A DNA stretch of 64,000 nucleotides from Patescibacteria group bacterium (GCA_028710985.1 JAQTTB010000001.1:523014-587013); one strand, 5' to 3'. Shown: positions 40,552 through 49,234, counted from the first letter of the stretch. The notes: generated by a model not told the origin, from the sequence alone. Made by a program: numbers and translations.

Positions 40552-41917
40552 CGCTTCACAGCTTTACAATTTTTCTCAGTGCCCCTACCGCGTCCACCTT
40601 GATATTTTCGGAGATGAGAAAGAGAAATCGCCGGAATCGGATTTCCTCGCCATGCTGATCGAGGAGGGCGTGCGTCATGAAAAAGACGCCATCGCTGAAA
40701 TGCCATTCTTAGAGGTGGAGGCGCGCGGCACGCTTACGGCACGAGCCGAAGTTACACGCGACCTGATGAAAAAGAAAACGCCCTGGATTTATCAGGGCGT
40801 GCTTCTGACTCGCACCATGGTCGGCATTCCTGATATTTTGGAATATACGGGCGGCCGGTATATCCCCGTGGAAATCAAGTCCGGTGCCGGTCTTAAGGAA
40901 GCGTATATCCAGCAAATCTGTTTTTACGATGAGTTGCTCGGCGAGCTTTTTGGACGTCGTTCGGGTCGCGGTAAAATAATAAATATCAAGAAAGAAATTT
41001 TGGAAGTGGACTGCAATGCCTCGCGTCGCGCCTTTCTTGATAACCTTGCCGCCCTTAAGAAAATCGCCTCGGGTGAAGAAGAGAGTGAGCTGGCCATCGG
41101 TTCGGATTGCAATAACTGCCACTGGAGAAAATTCTGCGAAGAAAAAGCGCGCGCCGAAGATGATCTTACTCTGATCCACGGTCTCGGCCGAGCGTTCAAA
41201 GAGGGGCTGAGGCAGGCCGGGATCAAAACCCAGGGCCAAGCCGCTAAGGTCGATCCGTCGCTCGCGCGCGAAATCCGGCGCCTCGGTCCGGCAAAGCTTG
41301 AAAAATTCCGCGAACAGGCTAAGGTGAACATTGCCGGCAAGATGATGGTTTTCGCGAGGCCCACGATGCGCTGCGCGCCCCTCGAGATATTCATCGATCT
41401 CGAAGGGGATCCGATGCTCGGGATAGACTACCTTATTGGTATGATCGTCCGAAAAAAGGGTAAGGAGCAGTATGTCAGCTTCGTTGCCCGCCGGCCCGAA
41501 GATGAGGCCGCGATGTGGGAGGAGTTCCTTAATTTCATGGCCGGCATCTCGGAAGATTACATTCTTTATCATTATCATAATTATGAAAAAGTGCATTTCA
41601 AGATGCTGTTCGAAAAATATGGCGGCGACGGAGAGCTTTATCATGAAATCGACTATGCGCTCGAGGATCTGAAGAGAACGATCGATAAATCAATGTATCT
41701 TCCGCTTACGCGCTATAGCCTCAAGTGCGTTGCGCGCCATTTGGGTTTTGAATGGCGCGCGGGAGAAGAGGCCGGAGGCGCAAATTCCATTATCTGGTAC
41801 GAGAAATATCTTGGGGATACTGAAAAGAATGCAGATTTGATGCAAAAAATTATTGACTACAATGCCGATGACTGCCGCGCGACCCGTGTGGTCAAAGACT
41901 GGCTTGAGAAAATTTGA
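40538..41917 (+). CDS. RecB-family nuclease of the TM0106/TIGR03491 type. It fuses a Cas4-like PD-(D/E)XK domain carrying a Cys cluster to an RNase H-like 3-prime-5-prime exonuclease domain.
   Basis: The N-terminus reads SQLYNFSQCPYRVHLD. A Cys cluster CNNCHWRKFC and a C-terminal region IDLEGDP...YHYHNYEK...DDCRAT are present. Confidence 0.6.
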   Translation: MPRLSASQLYNFSQCPYRVHLDIFGDEKEKSPESDFLAMLIEEGVRHEKDAIAEMPFLEVEARGTLTARAEVTRDLMKKKTPWIYQGVLLTRTMVGIPDILEYTGGRYIPVEIKSGAGLKEAYIQQICFYDELLGELFGRRSGRGKIINIKKEILEVDCNASRRAFLDNLAALKKIASGEEESELAIGSDCNNCHWRKFCEEKARAEDDLTLIHGLGRAFKEGLRQAGIKTQGQAAKVDPSLAREIRRLGPAKLEKFREQAKVNIAGKMMVFARPTMRCAPLEIFIDLEGDPMLGIDYLIGMIVRKKGKEQYVSFVARRPEDEAAMWEEFLNFMAGISEDYILYHYHNYEKVHFKMLFEKYGGDGELYHEIDYALEDLKRTIDKSMYLPLTRYSLKCVARHLGFEWRAGEEAGGANSIIWYEKYLGDTEKNADLMQKIIDYNADDCRATRVVKDWLEKI

Positions 41918-42705
41918 ATATGAAAAAAATCGTTATTGCAATTTTTGCCGTATTCCTGCTCTCGGTTGCTTTCTTGTACCGCGTGGAAATCCGGCAATGG
42001 TATGAAAATCGGACTCGGGAAGTCGTGCCGTCTCCGCGTTCGGCCGAGGAATTCTCTTACCCGGAAGAGAACGGCGCTTTTGCCAATGTTCTGCCCGACG
42101 CGGCATCCATGACCGCGAGCGGCGGTTTGCCGGATGAATTCAATCTCGACGTGCCGTTTACATCCCAGGCGCCGCTCAAGGAGTGGGATGAAACCCATGA
42201 GGAGTCCTGCGAAGAAGCGTCGGTTATTATGGTTGATTATTTTTATAAAAATAATCAATTCACCAGTCCGGAACAGGCGGATGAAGCAATATTGAAATTC
42301 ATTGATTACGAAAAAACATTTCTGGGATTTTTTGAGAGCACCACGGCTGACGAACTGGCGCGCGTCGTTGAATCGTACTATGATTATGATGTCGATTTGA
42401 TTTATGATTTTTCGGTGGACAATGTAAAACAGGCGGTGCGCCGCGGCTATCCGGTGATTGTTCCGGCCGCTGGCCGGGTTTTGGATAATCCGCACTTTCA
42501 GGATCCGGGTCCCATTTACCACATGCTGGTTATCAAGGGCTGGAAAGGGGATTCCTTCATCACAAATGATCCTGGAACCCAGTTCGGCGCCGATTGGCTT
42601 TACACCTTCGATCATCTGATGGAATCGGCCCATGATTGGAACGGAGGAAATGTGGAACAAGGGAAGAGAGTCATGCTCATCGTAAAACCGCGTGTAAACA
42701 ATTAA
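41914..42705 (+). CDS. C39-like cysteine peptidase domain protein (Peptidase_C39_2-like), membrane-anchored
   Basis: An N-terminal TM is followed by VPFTSQAPLKEWDETHEESCEEASVIMV, which fits the Gln...Cys pattern of C39-like domains. Confidence 0.5.
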   Translation: MNMKKIVIAIFAVFLLSVAFLYRVEIRQWYENRTREVVPSPRSAEEFSYPEENGAFANVLPDAASMTASGGLPDEFNLDVPFTSQAPLKEWDETHEESCEEASVIMVDYFYKNNQFTSPEQADEAILKFIDYEKTFLGFFESTTADELARVVESYYDYDVDLIYDFSVDNVKQAVRRGYPVIVPAAGRVLDNPHFQDPGPIYHMLVIKGWKGDSFITNDPGTQFGADWLYTFDHLMESAHDWNGGNVEQGKRVMLIVKPRVNN

Positions 42706-42715
42706 TAGAATATAT

Positions 42716-43150
42716 ATGATATCACTTTCTTACGGATTTATTGCCGGTGGCATCGGCGGCATTGTCATGGCCATACTAATTCATCTTGCACCGCTTATTG
42801 CAAGCAAAAAATATTTACCCGATATTGATAAGTACTTTTTTCTCGGCCGTCATTTTTCGGCTCGCGAAGTCCATCTCTTTGGAATTTTTATTCAGCTCGC
42901 CTTGAGTGTAATTTTCGGCGGGATATATATTCTACTCGTTGATCAAAAAATAATATTTCATGATTTTCACTATGTGTCCATTCTTTTTTACGGCGTACTT
43001 GTCTGGCTCGCCAAGGGGGCGATTCTCACCCCGCTCCTCGGGGCCGGGTTCTTCGGCGCCAAGCAGGGAAAATACGTCTGGCTGGAAATGTTTATAATCC
43101 ATCAAATTTACGCCCTGGTTTTCTGGCTGGCGGTCAATTTATACGTCTGA
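42716..43150 (+). CDS. Small 4-TM membrane protein (hypothetical)
   Basis: 144 aa with four hydrophobic helices. Confidence 0.45.
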   Translation: MISLSYGFIAGGIGGIVMAILIHLAPLIASKKYLPDIDKYFFLGRHFSAREVHLFGIFIQLALSVIFGGIYILLVDQKIIFHDFHYVSILFYGVLVWLAKGAILTPLLGAGFFGAKQGKYVWLEMFIIHQIYALVFWLAVNLYV

Positions 43151-43199
43151 GTTATCCACAGAACCCGGTCCCTTTACTTGGAAAATATAGGCTGGTATA

Positions 43200-43508
43200 A
43201 TATATTTAGCCGTAAGGAGTGGTGATACGCTCTCTATGGCGATAGTTCGGGAAAACAAAATCTCACCATCCGGTGAGATTTTGCTTTCTAGAGTGTCGTC
43301 GCTTGACAGTTTTTCGCTTGTATTGTAATATATTGTTATCAATTTAATTTTTGCCGAAGATAACGGGGGTTTCAGCCAGAGGCTGAGGCTTAAAACCACA
43401 CCCCGTCGAGGTGAAATTCCGGCCTGACACTACTTTTAGGTCATGGACTCGGACCTCGTTATCTGCGGCAAAACCGCAGTTTATTTTTTACCCAAAGGTC
43501 GCAACTAT
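43200..43508 (+). promoter_or_regulatory. rplJ promoter (TTGACA-17-TAATAT at about 43303-43333) plus a long structured 5-prime leader, the likely L10(L12) autoregulatory leader.
   Basis: About 200 nt of untranslated, hairpin-rich sequence directly upstream of rplJ. The role is inferred from the known L10-leader mechanism. Confidence 0.4.
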
Positions 43509-44033
43509 ATGCCAAAAACAAGAGTACAGAAAGAAAATACCGTTTCCGACTTGGTCGACAAATTCAGCCGCACCAAGTCAGTGGTTTTTGCCGATTTTCA
43601 GGGGCTCAAAATGCCGGAAATCGACGAATTGCGCAACCAATGCCTAAAGCAGGGCATTTCTTACTCAGTCGCCAAAAAGACCCTGGTGCGCATCGCGCTT
43701 GAGAAAGCGGGCGTCAAAGAGATTGATCCAAAGTCAATTGAAGGTTCGCTCGCCACGGTTTTTGGATTTGAGGATGAGGTCGCGCCTGCAAAATTGCTCG
43801 CCACCTTCTCCAGAGCGCACGAGGCGCTCAAGATTAAAGCCGGCATACTTGAAGGCCGGCTCATTCCGTTCGAAGAAGTAATGAAGCTTTCTAAGATACC
43901 GTCAAGGCTTGAGCTTTATGCCATGCTCGTTCGTACCATGAATGGACCGGTTTCCGGATTCGCCAATGTTCTTGCTGGAAATCTGCGGAAATTTATGTAC
44001 GCATTAAACGCAATCAAAGAATCTAAATCATAA
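43509..44033 (+). CDS. rplJ: 50S ribosomal protein L10
   Basis: The internal start [33 protein letters not shown] gives 174 aa. The ORF track starts at 43443. Confidence 0.85.
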   Translation: MPKTRVQKENTVSDLVDKFSRTKSVVFADFQGLKMPEIDELRNQCLKQGISYSVAKKTLVRIALEKAGVKEIDPKSIEGSLATVFGFEDEVAPAKLLATFSRAHEALKIKAGILEGRLIPFEEVMKLSKIPSRLELYAMLVRTMNGPVSGFANVLAGNLRKFMYALNAIKESKS

Positions 44034-44047
44034 ATAATTTTAAAAAT

Positions 44048-44452
44048 ATGGCAGAAGAGAAAAAAGACGTCGTGGTTCCGGAAAAATTCAAGAAGCTCGT
44101 TGAGGAAGTTGAAAAAATGAGCGTACTTGATCTCTCGGAACTCGTTAGCATTCTTGAGGATAAATTCGGCGTTTCGGCCGCCGCTCCGGCAGTTGCCGTT
44201 GCCGCCGCCGCTCCAGTCGCCGCCGAAGCCGCCGATGAAAAGACCGAGTTCAATCTTGAACTCCTTGAAGCCGGCGCCAACAAGATCAACGTGATTAAGG
44301 TGGTTCGTGAAGTCACGGGTTTAGGCCTCGCCGATGCCAAGGCCATCGTTGACAGCGCACCGAAGATAGTGAAAGAAGCCATGCCAAAGGCTGATGCCGA
44401 AGCCGCCAAAAAGAAGATTGAGGAAGCCGGCGGAAAAGCAGCTCTCAAATAA
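44048..44452 (+). CDS. rplL: 50S ribosomal protein L7/L12
   Basis: An Ala-rich hinge and a C-terminal domain [28 protein letters not shown]. Confidence 0.9.
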   Translation: MAEEKKDVVVPEKFKKLVEEVEKMSVLDLSELVSILEDKFGVSAAAPAVAVAAAAPVAAEAADEKTEFNLELLEAGANKINVIKVVREVTGLGLADAKAIVDSAPKIVKEAMPKADAEAAKKKIEEAGGKAALK

Positions 44453-44465
44453 TTGGTTACAAAAT

Positions 44466-44506
44466 AAAAAAAGAACGGCCGTGTAATTATGCGGCCGTTC
44501 TTTTGA
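44466..44506. terminator. Terminator/palindrome aaaataaaaaaagaacggccg-tgtaattatg-cggccgttctttt. It is the left copy of a pair.
   Basis: Read directly. Its 21-nt left arm is identical to the one at 46296. Confidence 0.6.
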
Positions 44507-44554
44507 TTTTTTTAAAAAAAGAGGCATCGCGTTTGCGATGCCCGAGCGGCGTAG

Positions 44555-45460
44555 TTAAATACCGAGTTTTCTTAATGCCCTCAGTCCGTTAAAGCGGTCG
44601 ACGAGCTTGGTTTCAGTGCGGTTGTGCGGAGCACAGTATTCGGTCGCCCCCCAGAAAGCGCCCATCATGCCAGCGGCCTGGGCAAAATTTGCACGGCCGC
44701 GTTTGACCGAGTACAGGCGGCCGCGTATCTTGCGCAGATAGTGCCGCGGGATAAAGATGCGGCTGGTCTTATCCATGGCAATGCCGTTGATGACCACCGG
44801 AGCCTTTTGGATGTCGCGGACAATGGATTTCTTATGGTTGATCTGGAATCCAGCCGCGAGAATGATGCGCCGTATCATCTGCCGCTTTCTTTTGCCGATC
44901 GGTTCAGTCGCCGAAAAGGTCAGGTCGTCGAGATAGCGCGTATAGATGATGCCGTGGCGCCGGCAGAATTCGCCGAGCGGCCGGTCAAGAAGTTCGCCGG
45001 CATAGCGGTTGGCAAGATCCGGCGAAGCCGGCGCGCCGGTTGCGAGCCCACCCTCGTCTGCTATGCAGTACTTATTAAGAAAGGCGAGAAGCCCTGTCTC
45101 GTCCTCCATCAGCCGTTCGTCAAGATTCATGAGTATCCCGGCGAGCCGCTCGGCGTCCACGCTCGGATAGAAATTGTGGATGTCGGTGAGGTAGAAAAAG
45201 CGGTTGCCGCGGTGCCGGAGCACATTTTTCTTGGGGGATGAGCCGCGCATCGCGCCGGTGGCGTGCGGCAGGGGATGGTGCTCGAGAAGGTGGCGCCGCA
45301 AGTAAAAGATTAGCCCGCGGTGGACCTGGCGCATCGCGTTATTTGGCGCGTAGAGCGTGCGCATTTTTACGGTCTTCGCTACCGGATTTACGTCTCTGTA
45401 GGTAAATTTGTTGAACCCCGGAGTCCCATCTATGTTTTTCAGAATTATATCAAAGAGCAT
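44555..45460 (-). CDS. Retron-type reverse transcriptase
   Basis: An internal ATG at 45460 carries a TAAGGAGGG RBS. The motifs match the order seen in retron Ec86 RT: KMRTLYAPNNAMRQVHRGL, LTDIHNFYPSV, LATGAPASPDLANRY, GIIYTRYLDDLTFS (YxDD), FQINHKKS and VVINGIAM. The length is about 300 aa. The ORF-track N-terminal extension to 45880 reads through non-coding repeats. Confidence 0.8.
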   Translation of the reverse strand: MLFDIILKNIDGTPGFNKFTYRDVNPVAKTVKMRTLYAPNNAMRQVHRGLIFYLRRHLLEHHPLPHATGAMRGSSPKKNVLRHRGNRFFYLTDIHNFYPSVDAERLAGILMNLDERLMEDETGLLAFLNKYCIADEGGLATGAPASPDLANRYAGELLDRPLGEFCRRHGIIYTRYLDDLTFSATEPIGKRKRQMIRRIILAAGFQINHKKSIVRDIQKAPVVINGIAMDKTSRIFIPRHYLRKIRGRLYSVKRGRANFAQAAGMMGAFWGATEYCAPHNRTETKLVDRFNGLRALRKLGI

Positions 45461-45537
45461 GGCGCCCTCCTTATAGATTTTTGTGTAGGTTGATTTTAGT
45501 ACAGCGCCGAATAAAATGCAAGTAAATTTTTTTGGTA

Positions 45538-45900
45538 TAAAAAACGCATCAAACCAGGGGTTTGACGCGAAGGGAGAAACCCGATTTTCATCGGGCAGTG
45601 AATTCACAGCGGCGGGTTGGCCAAGTTCGTTGCCCGATTCTGGGTTCTGCGGACAACGATCAAGAGAACAGACTTTGCCGCTGAGGCTTCGATGCAGGGC
45701 CGAAACGGCAGCGCCGAGGCCGCAGGCCGGGGCGCCCTCTGTGCCGAAAGAAGAAGAGAAGGGGCGGATACTATGGCAATTTCCGTTTCCGGAAATCCCG
45801 CTGGCGCACCTTGATGCGCCAACCCTCGTGGGCAAGAGCACTTTGGCGTCCAGCCAGAACCAGGAAACCGTCTTGGCCAACCCGGACTGGACTTGGCTTT
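45538..45900 (-). ncRNA. Structured non-coding RNA unit 1, a candidate retron msr-msd-like RNA
   Basis: a1/a2-like long-range complement gggttggccaag (45613-45624) / cttggccaaccc (45872-45883). Hairpin cccga-N-tcggg. A terminal hairpin gcatcaaa...tttgacgc next to an A/T run. Homologous to unit 2 with compensatory changes. Confidence 0.4.
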
Positions 45901-45911
45901 ATCCTATCATA

Positions 45912-46295
45912 AACAAAAAAACGCATCAAACCAGGGGGTTTGATGCGAAGAGAGAGAGTCCCGACTCGGTCGGGAAGAAAGTGCAGCGGCGGGTTTGAGT
46001 CATTGTCCGCAAGGGACTTTCCGGGCATGGGAGCTTGCCGCTGAAGATACCCGTGGCGTCCGAGGGCACTGAACAACGGGCCGAATCAGCCACTGCGGCC
46101 GCTGATCCGCCTCATGCAGATACCAACGGGAGCGCTTCGGGTTGCCCAGGGGCGATGGGGTACTGTTCAAAGCCCTGGTTTAACCCTTTGGCGCACCTGA
46201 AATGCGCCAAGACGATGAGCACCGAGGATCTCACCCGGAATGAACTAGCTCAAACCCAGCCAAGGTGGCTATGAAGAGGGTAGCATAAAATTCAA
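45912..46295 (-). ncRNA. Structured non-coding RNA unit 2, tandem paralog of unit 1
   Basis: a1/a2-like complement cgggtttgag (45992-46001) / ctcaaaccc (46250-46258). Hairpin cccgac-tcg-gtcggg. Terminal hairpin gcatcaaa...tttgatgc followed by an A/T run. Confidence 0.4.
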
Positions 46296-46336
46296 AATAA
46301 AAAAAGAACGGCCGCGATATCGTGGGCCGTTCTTTT
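46296..46336. terminator. Terminator/palindrome aaaataaaaaaagaacggccg-cgatatcgtg-ggccgttctttttt. It is the right copy of the pair.
   Basis: Read directly. Confidence 0.6.
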
Positions 46337-48574
46337 TTATTCGCTGAATCCGAAATTCCAGACGCCGTTGTCGGCCAGCACCCAGATTTGGCGTGCCGTG
46401 CGATCGATGTAAAAACTTTTTATATTCTGCAGGTCGTTCAGGAGGTATTGAGTTTTGAGTTTACCGTCCTTGGCCAGTACTACAACACGTTTTCCGGCCG
46501 GGTCAAGAATAAATATATTGTCCGTACCCTCGGTCGTCCAAATTTGCGTCGCGCCCGTCAGCGCGGGATCAATGGTCGTAGCCGACCAGGATTGTTTTTC
46601 ACCGGTATAGAATTTATAAATTTCACCATTTGATTTCAGGGCGTAAATCGAGCCGTCAATCGTAATGGCGACTGCGTCCGAAAGATTGACATTCGCAGTT
46701 TTAATCCAGGCCGCGCCGGCCGCGAGCCCGGAATCGGGCGAGCGGTGCTGCTTAAATATTTGGTTCGCCGTGGTGTCCAAGACATAAATATTTGAATTCC
46801 AGCCGGCCGCGTCAATAAAGCTCTTTTGTTCGGCCGCGGCGGCGAGGGGAACGTCCCTCCACGAAAGTCCGGCCACGTCAATTTCCGAAGCCCCTGGGCG
46901 CTGGTCGAAAACCAAATATGAATTATCGCCGGATTTGTAAATCGCGGTAATGCTTTGTATATCCGCATTTTCCCAGTCAACTTCCTGCCAGGCATTCGCG
47001 TCGTCGCGCCAGACATAAAGTTCTTTTGCCCCGGAAAGAATCAAAGTTTTATCGGCGTTTCGCAGGAGATAACGAAAGTTAATCGTCTGGCCTTCGGCGC
47101 TGAGCGGCATGTCGGCGACTTTCTCTAAATCGTTTGGAATGACTTCATGGCGGAGCTCTTGGCGTAAAATATCAATTTGGGCGAGAAGTCCCTGTTTGAT
47201 TTCGCGCTGATCGCGCTTTGCTTCCGGTAGCGACTGGATTGCGGATAGCGCTTGGCTCACAAGCTCACGCGTGCGTTCCTCGTCGCCGTAGATCAGGGTA
47301 CTCTCGGCCTCGTCTTTTATTTGAGTGATCTCAATCACTTTATTATTATAAACCGCCTCGTCTTCGCGTGCATGTTTCCGATAGTTGAGATAAATCAGGC
47401 TCCATGCAAAAAGTAGCACCAGGATAAGGGCGATGATAAAAACCGATTTATTTTTCTTGCCGAGATGGCTGAACCAGCCGACCGAGCGGTCTCCGGTTTC
47501 CTGGGCATCGCTCTTATAGCTCGCGATGGTTTCGGCGCGTTTGCCGTGGAAGTTCGTAATGATAAAAAATAAGTTTTTGAAGAAGCGGCCGGTGATGCCG
47601 ATTGCGCGGAGCGTGATGGCACCGATCCAAATAAAGAATTTGGCAATGCTCCGGGGGAGTTCGCGCGGGGTTGGAGCGATTTTTTCCTCATATTTCGGGC
47701 CGCGTATTGGTATCAGTCGTGAAATTACCGCAGTGAGCCCAGCCCAAATCTTTGAGGCAAACCCAGTGCCGCCGCCTAAAAGATATCGGTCGGTTTCCGC
47801 GGTAGTCGCCTTAAGATGCTCAAGCGAACCTCGGAAATTCTTCGGTGCCGCCGCTTCGGTGCCGACCGGGATAAGTTCTTCATAATGCTGGATGATAATG
47901 GCCGTATATCCGCCGCGCAGACTGCCGTGCAAAAGTTCATTGCGCAGATATTCGACGGATTCGACCGGTTTTTTCGCGGTTACAATCGGCAACAGCCGTT
48001 CTTCGGGGAAGGCTTCGGCCAGTTCGGAGTTTGAGATTATTATGGCATCCCCGCTTTGGATGGAGCCGTACATTACATTTTCAAAAATTTTAACGGGATT
48101 AAAATTATCCGGATCGGATTGAACGTTCTTCGTAAGATCAAAAACGCGGTAACCTTTGCCATCCTGCTTCTGGAAAAACATCATTTTATTCTGGCCGATC
48201 GCGGAGAACGAAAGGTCCGTGCCGGAGCAAGCGGCGATTAAGATATTCAATTTCTTAAGATCCACCGGATTGGATTCTTTGGAGATAAAATCCGTGATAT
48301 TTTTATTGGTCGCCTGTAGGGATTTTTCAAACTCCGCGCCAAAGTCAATGCCATGCTCTTCCTGATAAAATTTTTCAATGCCGTCGATAAAGTTTTCGGT
48401 CAAACGTTCGTAGGCTGGATGGATGGAGTCGATTTTAATAATGCCAAAAATAGATCCGCCTTCATGCGCCGCACCCGGTGGAATTTCAAAATTAAAAACG
48501 CGGTTAATGCATTGGCGGTTCGTTGCGCTTTCTAGGAAAAGCTCGTTTATGAGTATCTCCGGCTTCTTTGACAT
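46337..48574 (-). CDS. Large hypothetical membrane protein. It has an N-terminal cytoplasmic domain, a central TM helix and a C-terminal extracytoplasmic beta-rich domain.
   Basis: 745 aa. The central helix is SVFIIALILVLLFAWSLIYLNY. No confident domain assignment. Confidence 0.5.
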   Translation of the reverse strand: MSKKPEILINELFLESATNRQCINRVFNFEIPPGAAHEGGSIFGIIKIDSIHPAYERLTENFIDGIEKFYQEEHGIDFGAEFEKSLQATNKNITDFISKESNPVDLKKLNILIAACSGTDLSFSAIGQNKMMFFQKQDGKGYRVFDLTKNVQSDPDNFNPVKIFENVMYGSIQSGDAIIISNSELAEAFPEERLLPIVTAKKPVESVEYLRNELLHGSLRGGYTAIIIQHYEELIPVGTEAAAPKNFRGSLEHLKATTAETDRYLLGGGTGFASKIWAGLTAVISRLIPIRGPKYEEKIAPTPRELPRSIAKFFIWIGAITLRAIGITGRFFKNLFFIITNFHGKRAETIASYKSDAQETGDRSVGWFSHLGKKNKSVFIIALILVLLFAWSLIYLNYRKHAREDEAVYNNKVIEITQIKDEAESTLIYGDEERTRELVSQALSAIQSLPEAKRDQREIKQGLLAQIDILRQELRHEVIPNDLEKVADMPLSAEGQTINFRYLLRNADKTLILSGAKELYVWRDDANAWQEVDWENADIQSITAIYKSGDNSYLVFDQRPGASEIDVAGLSWRDVPLAAAAEQKSFIDAAGWNSNIYVLDTTANQIFKQHRSPDSGLAAGAAWIKTANVNLSDAVAITIDGSIYALKSNGEIYKFYTGEKQSWSATTIDPALTGATQIWTTEGTDNIFILDPAGKRVVVLAKDGKLKTQYLLNDLQNIKSFYIDRTARQIWVLADNGVWNFGFSE

Positions 48575-48638
48575 AGGGATTCGTGAGTATTATACTGTAT
48601 TATACAACAATGGTTATTTTTAGAAAAGGTCAACGAAT

Positions 48639-49232
48639 ATGCTTGAACAACTCTTTGGTTCACATACCCGGGCGCGCCTGCTAAATTTGTTTTTGCGCAA
48701 TTCGGACAAGTCTTTTTTTGTCCGCGAAATTACCCGGAAAATCCAGTCCCAGATCAATTCGGTACGGCGCGAATTGCGCAATCTGGAGGATGTCGGTTTG
48801 CTTACCTCCACCGAGATGCAGGATGCCGAAGGTAGGGCGCTCCCCAAAACCGCCAAGCGATTTTACCGCGTGAATAAAGATTTTGTTCTGTATCAGGAAT
48901 TGCAGGCCTTGATTTTAAAATCCCAACTCCTGCTCCAGCGTGATCTGCAAAGAAAAATTGATGAACTTGGCACGATCAGTTATTTGGCGCTCACCGGTTC
49001 ATTCCTCGGGCGCGAGGATATGCCGATTGACGTGTTTATTGTCGGACGAATCAGCGGTGAAAAGCTCGCCCGCCTCATCAAAAAGTTTGAAAAATCTTTG
49101 GGCGAAGAAATCAATTATACCGCCATGACGCTCAAAGAATTTAATTATCGCCGTCAACTCACGGATAAATTTCTTTTCTCCATACTCGAGGGTCCCAAGA
49201 TTGTTCTCATTGATAAACTGGAAGTTAGCTAA
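48639..49232 (+). CDS. Putative winged-helix transcriptional regulator
   Basis: The N-terminal HTH-like segment is RARLLNLFLRNSDKSFFVREITRKIQSQINSVRRELRNLEDVGLL. Confidence 0.4.
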   Translation: MLEQLFGSHTRARLLNLFLRNSDKSFFVREITRKIQSQINSVRRELRNLEDVGLLTSTEMQDAEGRALPKTAKRFYRVNKDFVLYQELQALILKSQLLLQRDLQRKIDELGTISYLALTGSFLGREDMPIDVFIVGRISGEKLARLIKKFEKSLGEEINYTAMTLKEFNYRRQLTDKFLFSILEGPKIVLIDKLEVS

Positions 49233-49234
49233 AT

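Noticed and set aside
45461-45880. N-terminal 140-aa extension of the RT ORF given in the ORF track
   Set aside because: The extension translates the structured repeat unit 1 and a promoter. A strong RBS sits immediately before the internal ATG at 45460, and the downstream protein alone matches full-length retron RTs.
45538-46295. The two about 370-nt tandem RNAs as RNase P RNA, tmRNA or SRP RNA
   Set aside because: The size matches RNase P or tmRNA, and the minus strand contains GGAAAGUCC. That motif lies near the 3-prime end rather than in a P4 5-prime strand. No ACAGAA, GGUAACGCC or P4 3-prime-strand motifs are present. No tRNA-like T-arm plus CCA or tag ORF (for tmRNA) is present. Tandem duplication of such genes would also be unexpected.
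45538-46295. DGR template/variable repeat pair
   Set aside because: The two copies differ by indels and by substitutions at all base types, not by adenine-specific changes. Neither lies at the 3-prime end of a target ORF. The RT motifs match retron RTs rather than DGR RTs.
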